Assembly: GCA_003576915.1 (NCBI GenBank)
Contig: QEVF01000019.1
Span: 71,153 to 135,152, forward strand
Source of the DNA: Planctomycetota bacterium
GTDB taxonomy: Bacteria; Planctomycetota; UBA8742; UBA2392
Length of the DNA stretch: 64,000 nucleotides
Direction: 5' to 3'
The notes beneath the pieces are model-generated. The model saw only the letters and a program-made list of their open reading frames with translations, had not been told where the DNA came from and ran no database searches. A program made the translations under genes and the position numbers. The first letter of the stretch is position 1. Every line of letters begins with the position of its first letter. Positions 54,567-63,359 of the stretch are shown here, one piece after another.

Positions 54567-55352
54567 ATGACGCTTACCACCACACTCACTCCCGCCGCGG
54601 TCAATGACGCCATTGAGCGGCATGTTCGCCCCCAGACCTTCGTGCTGGGCATCAAGATGTGCCGCAGCGAGGCCGAGATTCCGCCCAAGACCAGGCGCGC
54701 GAAGAAGGACATGGGCATCGACAGCGCGCTTTGCCAGGGCATGAGCATTTCGCGCCACTTCGGCTGGAGCTTTGCCGTTACGCGCGATGACATCTCCTGC
54801 CCCATCGGCGCGACGCTGTTCGGCTTTGCGCCGCGCGTCGAACACTTTGACTGCGGCAACTGCTGCGCCGGCATGTACACCAAGGACGCTCCGGCGGGCG
54901 CGAAGACCGAGGGAGAGGCGCCCAAGTTCAAGTTCGGCGAGTACTTCGCCATGGTGTCAGGGCCCCTGGGACGTATCGAGTTCTCGCCTGATGTGGTGCT
55001 GGCCTTCGGCAATCCCGCTCAGGTCATGAGGCTGGTGACGGGGGCCCTGTGGGAGTCCGGCGGCTACATTCACTCGAAATTCTCGGGACGCACGGACTGC
55101 GCTGACGAGGTGATCGAGACCATGCAGTCAGGCAAGCCCCAGGTGATCCTGCCCTGTTACGGAGACCGCATTTTCGGTCAGACCCAGGACCACGAAATGG
55201 CATTCGCGTTCCCCTGGGCCTTTGCGGGGAAGCTGCTTGAGGGCCTCGAAGGAACACACAAGGGCGGCGTTCGCTATCCCATCCCCCACAACCTGCGTTA
55301 CACTGGCAGCTTCCCGCCCAGCTACGAAAAGCTGCGCGAATTCTGGAAGTAG
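54567..55352 (+). CDS. DUF169-family protein
   Basis: ATG is preceded by CAGGAGG. LGIKMCRSEAEIP..., ...CQGMSISRHFGWSFAVTRDDISCPIGATLFGF... fit the DUF169 (COG2043) pattern as I recall it. Confidence 0.6.
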   Translation: MTLTTTLTPAAVNDAIERHVRPQTFVLGIKMCRSEAEIPPKTRRAKKDMGIDSALCQGMSISRHFGWSFAVTRDDISCPIGATLFGFAPRVEHFDCGNCCAGMYTKDAPAGAKTEGEAPKFKFGEYFAMVSGPLGRIEFSPDVVLAFGNPAQVMRLVTGALWESGGYIHSKFSGRTDCADEVIETMQSGKPQVILPCYGDRIFGQTQDHEMAFAFPWAFAGKLLEGLEGTHKGGVRYPIPHNLRYTGSFPPSYEKLREFWK

Positions 55353-55390
55353 GCGGCGGTGGACCCGGACCCCTGGAGGCGCTGGACGCC

Positions 55391-56419
55391 ATGATGCCAT
55401 TGAAATGCACCAGTTGCGGCTCACCGGACCTGCAGTTTCTTCCCGGCAATTACGCGCGCTGCAACAGTTGCGGCAACACCCTTGCGGAGATTCCCGGCGC
55501 GACAGGCCAGTACGCCCCGCCTCCGCCCGGCTATGCTCCGCCCGGCTATGCGCCCGCGCCCGGACCGCAGGCCTTCGTTCCGCCCCCGATGCCGCCCATG
55601 TGGCAGCCTCCCCGGAAATCCAGCGCGGCGCCACTTCTGATTGGCGTCGCGGTGGCAGTGGCCCTGCTGTTGGCCGTGGCCGCGGCGGCGATGGTACTGG
55701 GGGTGGCGCAGGCGCCCGTGCCGGCGACGGGTTATCTGCCGACCACGCCTCCCCGCGTGAGTACAGGCTCGGGCCCGCCCCCGGCCGATGTTCCCCTGAG
55801 CGAGGAAAACGTCGAGCGCCCCAGTGTCATGGAGAAGCCCGCGCCGCAGCCCAAAGGCGAGTTCAGGGATGTGCGTCAGGCCAGTGTGGGCGGCAACCTG
55901 CTGTGGGTGGGCAAGTACGTGAACACGGGAGACACGGTCATCGTGGACCCCTCAGTTACCGTGAGCCTGTTCGAGGCCGGCGGAAAGCGCGTGGCGGAGC
56001 AGCCGGGCTTTGCCCAGCGCAAGTGGCTTGAACCCGGAGAGTGGACTTTGCTCATGGTGCTGGTGGCCGAAGCCCCCGAGTACGCCAGACACGAAATCAA
56101 GGTCAACAAGCCGCGCGCTCCCAGCTATGAAACCAAACCCGTGAAGCTGACGGTGACGGAGTGGGGGATGCGCCGGCAGTGGAACTCAAACTACGCCGTG
56201 GGCACGGTACGCAACTCCAGCGGGAAGTCCGTCAAGTGGGCGCAGGTGATCGTGTATGGCTTTGACGGGCAGGGCCAGCCTGTCAGTGTTTGCGACAGCT
56301 ACGTGACGGAAAAGGACCTCGAGCCCGGCGCCGAAAGCGGATTTTCCGTCATGATCACGACGCTGGCCGTGGGCACGGCGGAACGCTACGAAGTGCTGGC
56401 CTTCGCTTCGCCGGACTGA
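55391..56419 (+). CDS. Hypothetical membrane protein: N-terminal zinc ribbon, Pro-rich linker, one TM, two extracytoplasmic beta-rich modules
   Basis: The zinc ribbon is MMPLKCTSCGSPDLQFLPGNYARCNSCGN. The Pro-rich linker is PPPPGYAPPGYAPAPGP and the TM is LLIGVAVAVALLLAVAAAAMVL. Two similar modules follow (VTVSLFEAGGKRV... and VIVYGFDGQGQPV...). Confidence 0.6.
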   Translation: MMPLKCTSCGSPDLQFLPGNYARCNSCGNTLAEIPGATGQYAPPPPGYAPPGYAPAPGPQAFVPPPMPPMWQPPRKSSAAPLLIGVAVAVALLLAVAAAAMVLGVAQAPVPATGYLPTTPPRVSTGSGPPPADVPLSEENVERPSVMEKPAPQPKGEFRDVRQASVGGNLLWVGKYVNTGDTVIVDPSVTVSLFEAGGKRVAEQPGFAQRKWLEPGEWTLLMVLVAEAPEYARHEIKVNKPRAPSYETKPVKLTVTEWGMRRQWNSNYAVGTVRNSSGKSVKWAQVIVYGFDGQGQPVSVCDSYVTEKDLEPGAESGFSVMITTLAVGTAERYEVLAFASPD

Positions 56420-56473
56420 TGCTTCCAACGCTCTGAGATTGTCAAAGATCTCCGCGATTTCGGGTCAGGCCCG

Positions 56474-57022
56474 TTACGCCGCGGCGGACGCGGCGCCCTG
56501 AACTCTCGGGGCCGGCGCTTCCTTTGCATCACGGCCCATCCAGGCCTTGGGCGACGCCGTCTCAGTGGTGCCGGGGGCTGCGGCCTCGAGCGGCTGTGGC
56601 TTGGCCTGAACCTGAGCCAGCATGCGCGCCACGGCGAGGTCCGCGTCTTCCAGCGCCCGCTCGCGCTCAAGCACAAGCCTTTCACGCTGGCGCGACGCCG
56701 AGACCATCGTGGCGGCGGAAATGGGGGCCTTGGGCGGTGCTTCGGGCGCCTTGGCCAGACGTCCTTCACGGAAGGCTTCCACTGCCGCCGCATGGCGCAG
56801 CGCCTCGCGCCGGTAGTAGAGCGCTTCTTCGATGATCAGCCCCATGGCCTCGATCTCGCGCTCGATCTGCCCGATGAAACGGCGCCTGTGCTCGGCCTCC
56901 AGCCACTGGCGCACACGCGCGGCCTCGCTCGTCTCCAGGGCCGCGGCGATGGCCTGGCGCGCGGCCTTCACGCTCTCCTGGCGTGAGGTTGTTTCCTGCT
57001 GCTTGCGATATGGATTGCTCAT
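56474..57022 (-). CDS. Hypothetical coiled-coil protein
   Basis: 182-aa ORF with coding-like GC3 and a charged helical sequence (RRFIGQIEREIEAMGLIIEEALYYRREALRHAAAVEAF). I recognise no family. Confidence 0.45.
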   Translation of the reverse strand: MSNPYRKQQETTSRQESVKAARQAIAAALETSEAARVRQWLEAEHRRRFIGQIEREIEAMGLIIEEALYYRREALRHAAAVEAFREGRLAKAPEAPPKAPISAATMVSASRQRERLVLERERALEDADLAVARMLAQVQAKPQPLEAAAPGTTETASPKAWMGRDAKEAPAPRVQGAASAAA

Positions 57023-57078
57023 GGCTTCCTCCTGTGGACTGCAGTGTAAAAGGGCAGGCGACAGGATGGGGGCCAGGG

Positions 57079-58719
57079 TCAGCGCAGCTTGGGCAGTTTG
57101 CCGGTGACCGGCTCAGGCGCCTGACGCAGGACGCGCTTGAGCGGCTTGCCCACCGCGTTCTTGGGAATCTCGCTGACAATATGGAAGCGCCGCGGGCGCT
57201 TGAAGCTTGCGAGGTGCGGCTCGACGAAGCGCGGCAGGTCCGTCACATCCTGGGGGGCGCCCGGCTTGAAGACGAGAAATGCCACCGGAACTTCGCCGTC
57301 AATGGGGTCCGGCATTCCTACGACGCATGCCTCAGCCACGCCCGGGTGCGTCAGCAGCACCTTCTCGACTTCGCTGGGGTAGACGCTGTATCCGCGGAAC
57401 TTGATCAGGTCCTTGAGGCGGTCAACGATGCGCAGATACCCCTCTTCGTCGAACTTGCCGAGGTCGCCGGTGCGCAGCCACCCATCCACGATGGCTTCGC
57501 GGGTTGACTCCATCTGGTTCCAGTAGCCGAGCATGACCTGGGGGCCCCTGACCTGGACTTCGCCCTCCTTGCCGCGCTCCATTTCGCGCCGCGGATTCTC
57601 GGGGTCGGCGAGTCTTACATCGGTGCCGGGCAGAGGCACGCCCACGGTGTGATACTTCACGGCATGGGGCGGGTTGTTGGTGACTTCGGGGCTGGCCTCC
57701 GTCAGGCCGTAGCCGTTGATCATGGGAACCTTGGGGCAGGCGGCCCGCCACTTCTCGGGCAGCATGCCGGACACCAGCATGGCGCCGGCCTTCACATAGC
57801 GCACGCTCTCGAAGTAGCGCGGCGCCTCGCTTCCCGCGGCCTCCAGCAGCCGGAGGAACATTGTCGCACTGCCGTAGGCCACCGTGACCTTGTGACGCAC
57901 CAACGTCTCCAGCACTTCCTGGGGTTGGAAATGCTCGACCAGGGCGATGGCGGCGCCGGCGGCGATGGCGGCGTTCATCACGCAGCACATACCCCAGGTG
58001 TGGTAAAGCGGCAGGGCGCCCAGGACGACGTCCTTGTCTGTCCAGCCGAACCACTGGTTATTCTGCAGCGCGTTGGCCACCAGGTTACGGTGGCTCATCA
58101 TGGCCGCCTTGAGGCCTCCCGTCGTGCCGCTGGTGTATTGCAGCACCGCGACATCGAGATCAGGGCGGCAACGCGGCGGCGGCGGCGGCGTGATGACACT
58201 GGGCAGCAGATCGGAGTCCTTGAGCGGGTTGGGGGCGTACTCCTTGCCCGGCTCAAGATAGTAGGTGCGGGGCTCCTGCACGCCGGCCTGCCGCACGGCG
58301 GCGTCGAACTCGAGCGCCCGGGCCATGTCAATGATGGCGATGGCCGGGTCGGTGTCCGCGAGGATCTTCGAGAGTTCCTCGGCGGTGAGGTGCATGCTGG
58401 CCGCCGTGACAATGCACCCGGCGCGCAGGGCGCCGAAGTACTGGGTCACGAACTCGGGGCAGTTGGGCAGCCAAAGCAGCACGCGAGCGGCGCCCTTGGC
58501 GTTGCCATAGCCTCGGGCGCGCATCTGGGCTGAAGCGATCTCGGAGTGCTTCCAGAGGCGTCGGTACGACACTGAATAGTCGCGGAACAGAAGCGCCGGC
58601 GCCTCGGGCGTGCGCTGGGCGGTTTCCTCGAGCAGGCGCCAAAGGGGCTTGAGAGGCACCTCGAACTGGCGCTTGACCTCGGGGGGGTAGAGCCGTTGCC
58701 AGTCGTAGCGGTCAGTCAC
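57079..58719 (-). CDS. AMP-dependent synthetase/ligase (long-chain fatty acid--CoA ligase-like)
   Basis: The AMP-binding motifs are LQYTSGTTGGLKAAMMSH, GYGLTEASP, LRTGDLG and VYPSEVE. The C-terminus has the catalytic Lys (AVGKPLKR). Confidence 0.85.
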   Translation of the reverse strand: MTDRYDWQRLYPPEVKRQFEVPLKPLWRLLEETAQRTPEAPALLFRDYSVSYRRLWKHSEIASAQMRARGYGNAKGAARVLLWLPNCPEFVTQYFGALRAGCIVTAASMHLTAEELSKILADTDPAIAIIDMARALEFDAAVRQAGVQEPRTYYLEPGKEYAPNPLKDSDLLPSVITPPPPPRCRPDLDVAVLQYTSGTTGGLKAAMMSHRNLVANALQNNQWFGWTDKDVVLGALPLYHTWGMCCVMNAAIAAGAAIALVEHFQPQEVLETLVRHKVTVAYGSATMFLRLLEAAGSEAPRYFESVRYVKAGAMLVSGMLPEKWRAACPKVPMINGYGLTEASPEVTNNPPHAVKYHTVGVPLPGTDVRLADPENPRREMERGKEGEVQVRGPQVMLGYWNQMESTREAIVDGWLRTGDLGKFDEEGYLRIVDRLKDLIKFRGYSVYPSEVEKVLLTHPGVAEACVVGMPDPIDGEVPVAFLVFKPGAPQDVTDLPRFVEPHLASFKRPRRFHIVSEIPKNAVGKPLKRVLRQAPEPVTGKLPKLR

Positions 58720-59120
58720 GCAAACTGCCTCACAAATTCGCCCGGCACGGGCGTGGGGCGCCCGCTGGAGGCGTCAGTGAACACAATGACCACGCGGGCC
58801 TGCGCGGCCGGTTCAGGATGGCCGACTTTGGCAATTTTCTGCCCCAGCGTCACGCTTGTGTTGCCGACGCGCTCAATTTGGGTTGAAACCTCAACCTCAT
58901 CGCCAAGGTGCAGGGGGTGACGATAGTCGATTTCCGTACGCACCGTCATGTATTGCACGCCCCAGTTGTCGATGATGCTCGTGTAGTCCAGGCCCTTGTC
59001 CTGCAACATCTTGCAGCGGCCGTGTTCGAGCCAGTTGATGTAAACGGCATTGTTGACGTGGTTGTAGACGTCGAGCTCGTAGCTGCGTACTTGCAGTCGG
59101 AACATTGAGACGTAAGGCAT
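58716..59120 (-). CDS. Acyl-CoA thioesterase, 4HBT/YbgC-like hotdog fold
   Basis: VRSYELDVYNHVNNAVYINWLEHGR... is the 4HBT catalytic-Asp pattern. Its stop overlaps the ligase start by 4 nt. Confidence 0.8.
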   Translation of the reverse strand: MPYVSMFRLQVRSYELDVYNHVNNAVYINWLEHGRCKMLQDKGLDYTSIIDNWGVQYMTVRTEIDYRHPLHLGDEVEVSTQIERVGNTSVTLGQKIAKVGHPEPAAQARVVIVFTDASSGRPTPVPGEFVRQFA

Positions 59121-59227
59121 TGTCCCTGCGCGGCTTAGTTGAAGTCAAAATTGTAACTTGCCTGGGCGGCGCGGGGTAGTGCGGCCTGCCGGAGGGCGCT
59201 GGTTCAGGCGCGAGCGGCCACGAAAAT

Positions 59228-59266
59228 CACGAGGCGGTGGTCGCCTATGACGACCACCGCCTCGTG
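59228..59266. repeat. Perfect 16-bp inverted repeat with a 7-nt spacer, in a long intergenic region
   Basis: CACGAGGCGGTGGTCG (59228-59243), spacer cctatga, CGACCACCGCCTCGTG (59251-59266). On the minus strand AUUUUCG follows it. On the plus strand UUCUAAAAGG follows it. Confidence 0.6.
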
Positions 59267-59668
59267 TTCTAAAAGGCCGATGGAATGCCGCCCCCCCTTA
59301 AACAGCGACATCCCTACAATTGTCGGCCTTCCCACTTGCACCAGCGCCAAGCGCCGGAATTCGTTGCCGTTGACGCGCAGAGAATAGCGCCTCCGTATCA
59401 CGGCCCTTTCACGAACTTTTAGAATCTCGTGACAATCTTTCTGACAGTGTGGTGACCGGCCGCATCCCTTTACGCGTCAAGCGCCACCGTCCCATCGGCC
59501 AGGCAAGCCCGTTGGCGGGCTGCTGCACGCCGATAATGAGGCGTCTAACCAACCGGTTGTCGCCATCCTCCCACGGCAATTTGCAGTTTGTCTCAAGCTT
59601 CGGCCCCGCCGCGCCGATGGACCAGCGAGGGCTGGCTCGATGGGGGCTTGCCTGCGCCGGGGTTTGGG

Positions 59669-59935
59669 ATGATCCGCTCGCTCTTTGCCTACATCTTTGT
59701 GTTTACGGCGGGGCTTGCCTGCGCGGCATCGTATTTCTACTCGCTGCATCCCGAGCACACGCCCGAGGACGACATGCCCAAGATGCGCATCGATCTTGAG
59801 GACGCTCTGGAACGGGCCCGGCGGGCCAAGGACGCCTGGGAAAGCGCCCCGCCTCCACCGCAGGAAGAGCCGGCCAGGAAGACCACGACGCCCGCGCGGT
59901 CTGATGCGTCCGGCAAGGGCAAGCGCAAGTCGTAA
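59669..59935 (+). CDS. Hypothetical small membrane protein (88 aa)
   Basis: ATG at 59669 within ORF 59588..59935. The sequence starts MIRSLFAYIFVFTAGLACAASYFYSL (TM) and has a charged, Pro-rich tail. It lies 65 nt upstream of the tricorn-like gene. Confidence 0.5.
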   Translation: MIRSLFAYIFVFTAGLACAASYFYSLHPEHTPEDDMPKMRIDLEDALERARRAKDAWESAPPPPQEEPARKTTTPARSDASGKGKRKS

Positions 59936-59959
59936 TTCAAGGTTAACCGCGGGCCGCGA

Positions 59960-59993
59960 CCTTCGTAGAAGTGGTAGCTCACGTCTACGAAGG
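59960..59993 (+). promoter_or_regulatory. 10-bp perfect hairpin that occludes part of the Shine-Dalgarno of the tricorn-like protease gene
   Basis: CCTTCGTAGA (59960-59969), a 14-nt loop, TCTACGAAGG (59984-59993). The 3' arm overlaps GAAGGAG (59989-59995), and the ATG is at 60001. Confidence 0.4.
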
Positions 59994-60000
59994 AGTGGCC

Positions 60001-63000
60001 ATGCGCAAGTTCTTCGCTGCGGTCTGTGTCGGTCTGGGTTGGGCCTTGGCGGCCTCCCTTGCCCCCGGCGGCAGTCAAGCCGAAGAACTGCCGCACATCG
60101 GCCCGCCCGGCCTGCCCGCCATCGCTCGCGAGATACTGCGTTCGCCGGCCCTCAGCCCCGACGGCAAGACCCTGGCATTCGTCTATGACGGCGACATCTG
60201 GGTGGCACCCAGCCAGGGTGGTGACGCCCGGCGGCTGACCATCACGGTGGACAACGACGGCTCGCCCCGCTTCTCCCCCGACGGCAAGTGGCTGGCGTTC
60301 CGCTCCCGTCGCTACGGCAGCGACGACGTTTTCATCATGCCCGCCGAGGGAGGAGAGGCCCGGCGCCTGACCTTCACTGACGGCGCCGAGGACCCCTGCT
60401 GCTGGCTGCCGGGCTCCGGCGGGGTCATCTTCTCCAGCGCCGCGCGGGGCGGCGGCAGAGACCTGTGGGTCGTGCGGACTGACGCGAGCGAACCATGGCC
60501 CATCACCGGCGGCGGCTTTGGCGAGCACGAAAGCCAGGCCACCATCAGCCCCGACGGCAAGTTCATTGCCTACATGCGGCGGGGCGGCGACCCCATGCGC
60601 CGCCGCGGATACCAGGGCAGCGCCGACGGCGAAATCTGGCTGTGCGAGTTCGACGGCGTGAGCACTCGCAACCACCGCGCCCTGACGCAGAACGTCAGCC
60701 ACGATGCCTGGCCCTGCTTTGCAGACCAGGACACGATTCTCTTCGCGACCTGCGCTGCCACTCGCACGCGCAGCTCCAGGGCGGCGCGCCTGACGGCCGT
60801 CAACCGGCAGGGCGAAGAGATCAAGGGCTGGGGCGGAGAGGTTGAGCTGGACCCGCGGGAGATCAGCGTCGGCGGAGGCAAGGTTGCCTTCGCCACCGGC
60901 AATTACGGCGGCTGGAACCTGCATGTGGGCGAGCTCGGCAAACGCCCGCCCCAGAAGATCAACGCGCCGGCCATCCGCATCAACAGCGATCAGCGCACGG
61001 GCGAGGTGGCCGCGAGCCGGGTGACGACGGCCAGTGAGTTCAAGGTCAGCCCCGACGGCCGCAAAATTGCCCTTGTGGCCGGGGGGGACCTGTTTGTGAT
61101 GCCCACGGAAGAAGGGGGCCTGCCGCGCAACGACACGGACAGCGTCACGCGCGAGAAGGACGTTTCCTGGGCGCCCGACTCCCGAGAACTGGTGTTTACA
61201 CGCGCGGGAGGCGCGGGCTTCAGCATCGGCCGCCGCGATGCCGCCAAGGCCCAGGACCGTGACGCCGCGTTGCCGGCCCACGTGAGCGAGGGCAAGTTTT
61301 CGCGCGCCCAATTCCTTCCCGACGGCAGCGTGATTGCGGTGCGTAACGAGCGGGAGATCGTCGGGTTGTGGGGCGAGGGTGTGAAGACCCTGAAGATTGA
61401 GGGCGAGTTCCGCGGCGCCAACCTCGGCAGCGGCGACCTGTTTGACGTCTCGCCCGACGGCCAGTGGCTGGTGTACGAGCAGCCCAACGAACTCTACGAC
61501 GACATGCTCTGGGTCTGCAACCTGAAGAGCGGCGAGAAGCGCCCCCTGACCAGACTGTTCGGAAGCTGCAGCCACGCCTCTTTTTCGAGAGACGGCAAGC
61601 GCGTGACCTTCATCTGCGACCAGGAGGGCAGTTACGACGTGTGGGTCATCGATCTGCAGCGCAAGCCGGTGGAGTTCAAGGAAGACAAGCTTGACAAGGC
61701 ATTCAAGGACCCGCCGCGGCGCGAGGACCCCGCCCGCAAGGAAGAACCGCGCAAGGACGACCCGCCCGAAACTCCCAGGGACGAGCCAAAACCTGAAGAA
61801 CCCAGGCAGCCCGAGCCCAAAGCTCCGGCGCGCAAGGTCCCCGAAACACGCATTGACTTTGACGGCATTGACCGGCGCACGCGCCGCGTCACCAGCCTGG
61901 AAGGCTCGGAGCTGTGGCCCTGCAGCACGGAAGACGGAAAGGTCTTCTACTTCATTGCCTCCGTGCAGGGGCAGAGCAACATCTGGAAGCTCACGCTGGA
62001 CCCTGACAAGGGGCCCGACCTCAAGCAGCTCACGCAAAGCCGCACCTCCAAGAGCCAGATGCGGCTCAGCGCCGATGAAAAGTCGCTCTGGTTTCTCGAC
62101 GGGGGCACGGTGACCAGCCTGACCCTGGCCAGCAGCAAAGTAACGGCCTACCCCTTCAGTGTGGAATTGCGCCGCAACCGCCGCGATCTGCGCCTGGCAT
62201 CCTTTGACGAGGCGGCCTGGGTGATGGGGGATTATTTCTATGATGCCGCGCACCACGGCCGCAACTGGCCGGAACTCTGCGCCCGCTACCGGGGCGCTCT
62301 GGGTTCCACCAGCACCGGCGATGAGTTCGGCGGCATCATGAACGAACTGCTGGGCGAGCTGAATTCGAGCCACCAGGGCTTCACGGCAAACGACGAACGC
62401 AGCGACGGCTTCACGGAGTCCACGGGCTGCCTGGGTGTGCGCTTTGACGAGCAGGCCCTTTCGCGTGGCCAGTATGTGATCACTGAGATTCTCAAGGGCG
62501 GCCCCCTGGACGTGCCGGACGGGCCCCTGCCGGGCATCCGGCTGGTCGGCATCAACGGCGTGGCTGTGGGTGCAGCCAAGCCCGGGCCGGAGCGCGGGCC
62601 CACCCTGGCCGAGCTGCTCACCAACACGGCCGGGCGGCGCGTGGTGCTTCATCTCAACGACAAATTCATCCTCGAGGGCGCCCGCACGCTGGCCGTCAAG
62701 CCGATCTCGCGGTCGGAGGAGTTCATGCTCAGCTATGAAGCCTGGCAGAATTGGCAGCGTCAGCTTGTGCACAAACTCAGCAACGGGCGTCTGGGCTATG
62801 TTCATATCGAGGGGATGGATGATCCCTCCCTGCGCCACTTCAAGCATCACCTGGGCAACGATGTGCTGGGGCGCGAAGGGCTGGTGATTGACGTGCGCTT
62901 CAACGGCGGCGGCTACACGGCGGTGGACGTGCTGGAAATCCTGATCAAGCGTCCCTGGCTCATTCGCCGCAACCGTGAAGCCCGCGACGTCAGCGAAAAC

Positions 63001-63357
63001 GCCTATCGCAGCGTCACGCTTGAAAAGCCCAGCATTCTCCTGATCAACCAGGACAGTTTCTCCAATGCCGAAATCCTGGCCGAAGGTTACCGCCGTCTGG
63101 GTATCGGCAAGATTGTGGGTGTGGACACCGCCGGCGGTGTCATCGGCACCGGCGGATTCAGACTGATCGATGGTAGTTCCATGCGGCTCCCCGGCACGGG
63201 CGCCTATGCCCTCGATGGTGAGAACCTTGAGAACAACGGCCGCAAGCCTGACCTGTTTGTCGAGAACCACCCCGAAGAGCTGGACAAGGGCATCGATCGC
63301 CAGACGGAGGCCGCCGTCAGGGCCCTGCTTGAGCAGATCGATGCCCGGGGCAAGTAG
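60001..63357 (+). CDS. Tricorn protease homologue (beta-propellers + PDZ + S41-type peptidase domain)
   Basis: ATG at 60001 is preceded by AAGGAG. The signal peptide is MRKFFAAVCVGLGWALAASLA. TolB/tricorn-like propeller repeats are present (SPDGKTLAFVYDGDIWV, FSPDGKWLAFRS..DVF, ISPDGKFIAYM). ELNSSHQGF carries the His, GYVHIEGM is present, and LINQDSFSNAEILA carries the Ser. A ~60-aa Pro/Glu/Lys-rich insertion lies at about 61671-61850. Confidence 0.85.
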   Translation: MRKFFAAVCVGLGWALAASLAPGGSQAEELPHIGPPGLPAIAREILRSPALSPDGKTLAFVYDGDIWVAPSQGGDARRLTITVDNDGSPRFSPDGKWLAFRSRRYGSDDVFIMPAEGGEARRLTFTDGAEDPCCWLPGSGGVIFSSAARGGGRDLWVVRTDASEPWPITGGGFGEHESQATISPDGKFIAYMRRGGDPMRRRGYQGSADGEIWLCEFDGVSTRNHRALTQNVSHDAWPCFADQDTILFATCAATRTRSSRAARLTAVNRQGEEIKGWGGEVELDPREISVGGGKVAFATGNYGGWNLHVGELGKRPPQKINAPAIRINSDQRTGEVAASRVTTASEFKVSPDGRKIALVAGGDLFVMPTEEGGLPRNDTDSVTREKDVSWAPDSRELVFTRAGGAGFSIGRRDAAKAQDRDAALPAHVSEGKFSRAQFLPDGSVIAVRNEREIVGLWGEGVKTLKIEGEFRGANLGSGDLFDVSPDGQWLVYEQPNELYDDMLWVCNLKSGEKRPLTRLFGSCSHASFSRDGKRVTFICDQEGSYDVWVIDLQRKPVEFKEDKLDKAFKDPPRREDPARKEEPRKDDPPETPRDEPKPEEPRQPEPKAPARKVPETRIDFDGIDRRTRRVTSLEGSELWPCSTEDGKVFYFIASVQGQSNIWKLTLDPDKGPDLKQLTQSRTSKSQMRLSADEKSLWFLDGGTVTSLTLASSKVTAYPFSVELRRNRRDLRLASFDEAAWVMGDYFYDAAHHGRNWPELCARYRGALGSTSTGDEFGGIMNELLGELNSSHQGFTANDERSDGFTESTGCLGVRFDEQALSRGQYVITEILKGGPLDVPDGPLPGIRLVGINGVAVGAAKPGPERGPTLAELLTNTAGRRVVLHLNDKFILEGARTLAVKPISRSEEFMLSYEAWQNWQRQLVHKLSNGRLGYVHIEGMDDPSLRHFKHHLGNDVLGREGLVIDVRFNGGGYTAVDVLEILIKRPWLIRRNREARDVSENAYRSVTLEKPSILLINQDSFSNAEILAEGYRRLGIGKIVGVDTAGGVIGTGGFRLIDGSSMRLPGTGAYALDGENLENNGRKPDLFVENHPEELDKGIDRQTEAAVRALLEQIDARGK

Positions 63358-63359
63358 CC

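Noticed and set aside
55523-55552. A tandem 15-nt duplication (ccgcccggctatgct / ccgcccggctatgcg).
   Set aside because: It encodes PPGYA-PPGYA within a Pro-rich linker of a membrane protein. This is an ordinary low-complexity duplication, not a repeat element or a CRISPR-like array.
59204-59401. A 65-aa minus-strand ORF (MIRRRYSLRVNGNEFRRL…) inside the long intergenic gap.
   Set aside because: It has no Shine-Dalgarno and I recognise no homology. The perfect 16-bp inverted repeat sits inside its 3' coding part, and its codon pattern is weak. It is more likely a chance ORF in a non-coding region.
59121-59668. The possibility that the long intergenic region encodes RNase P RNA, tmRNA, 6S RNA, SRP RNA or a known riboswitch.
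   Set aside because: I read both strands for the signature strings I remember. These were GGAAAGUCCGG and ACAGAA for RNase P; a GGGG…UUCGAC 5' end and a T-loop-CCACCA 3' end for tmRNA; GGUCCGGAAGGAAGCAGCC for SRP; 5'/3' closing-stem complementarity for 6S; and the B12 box, crcB, ykkC and GEMM cores. None is present. The region remains unexplained rather than assigned.
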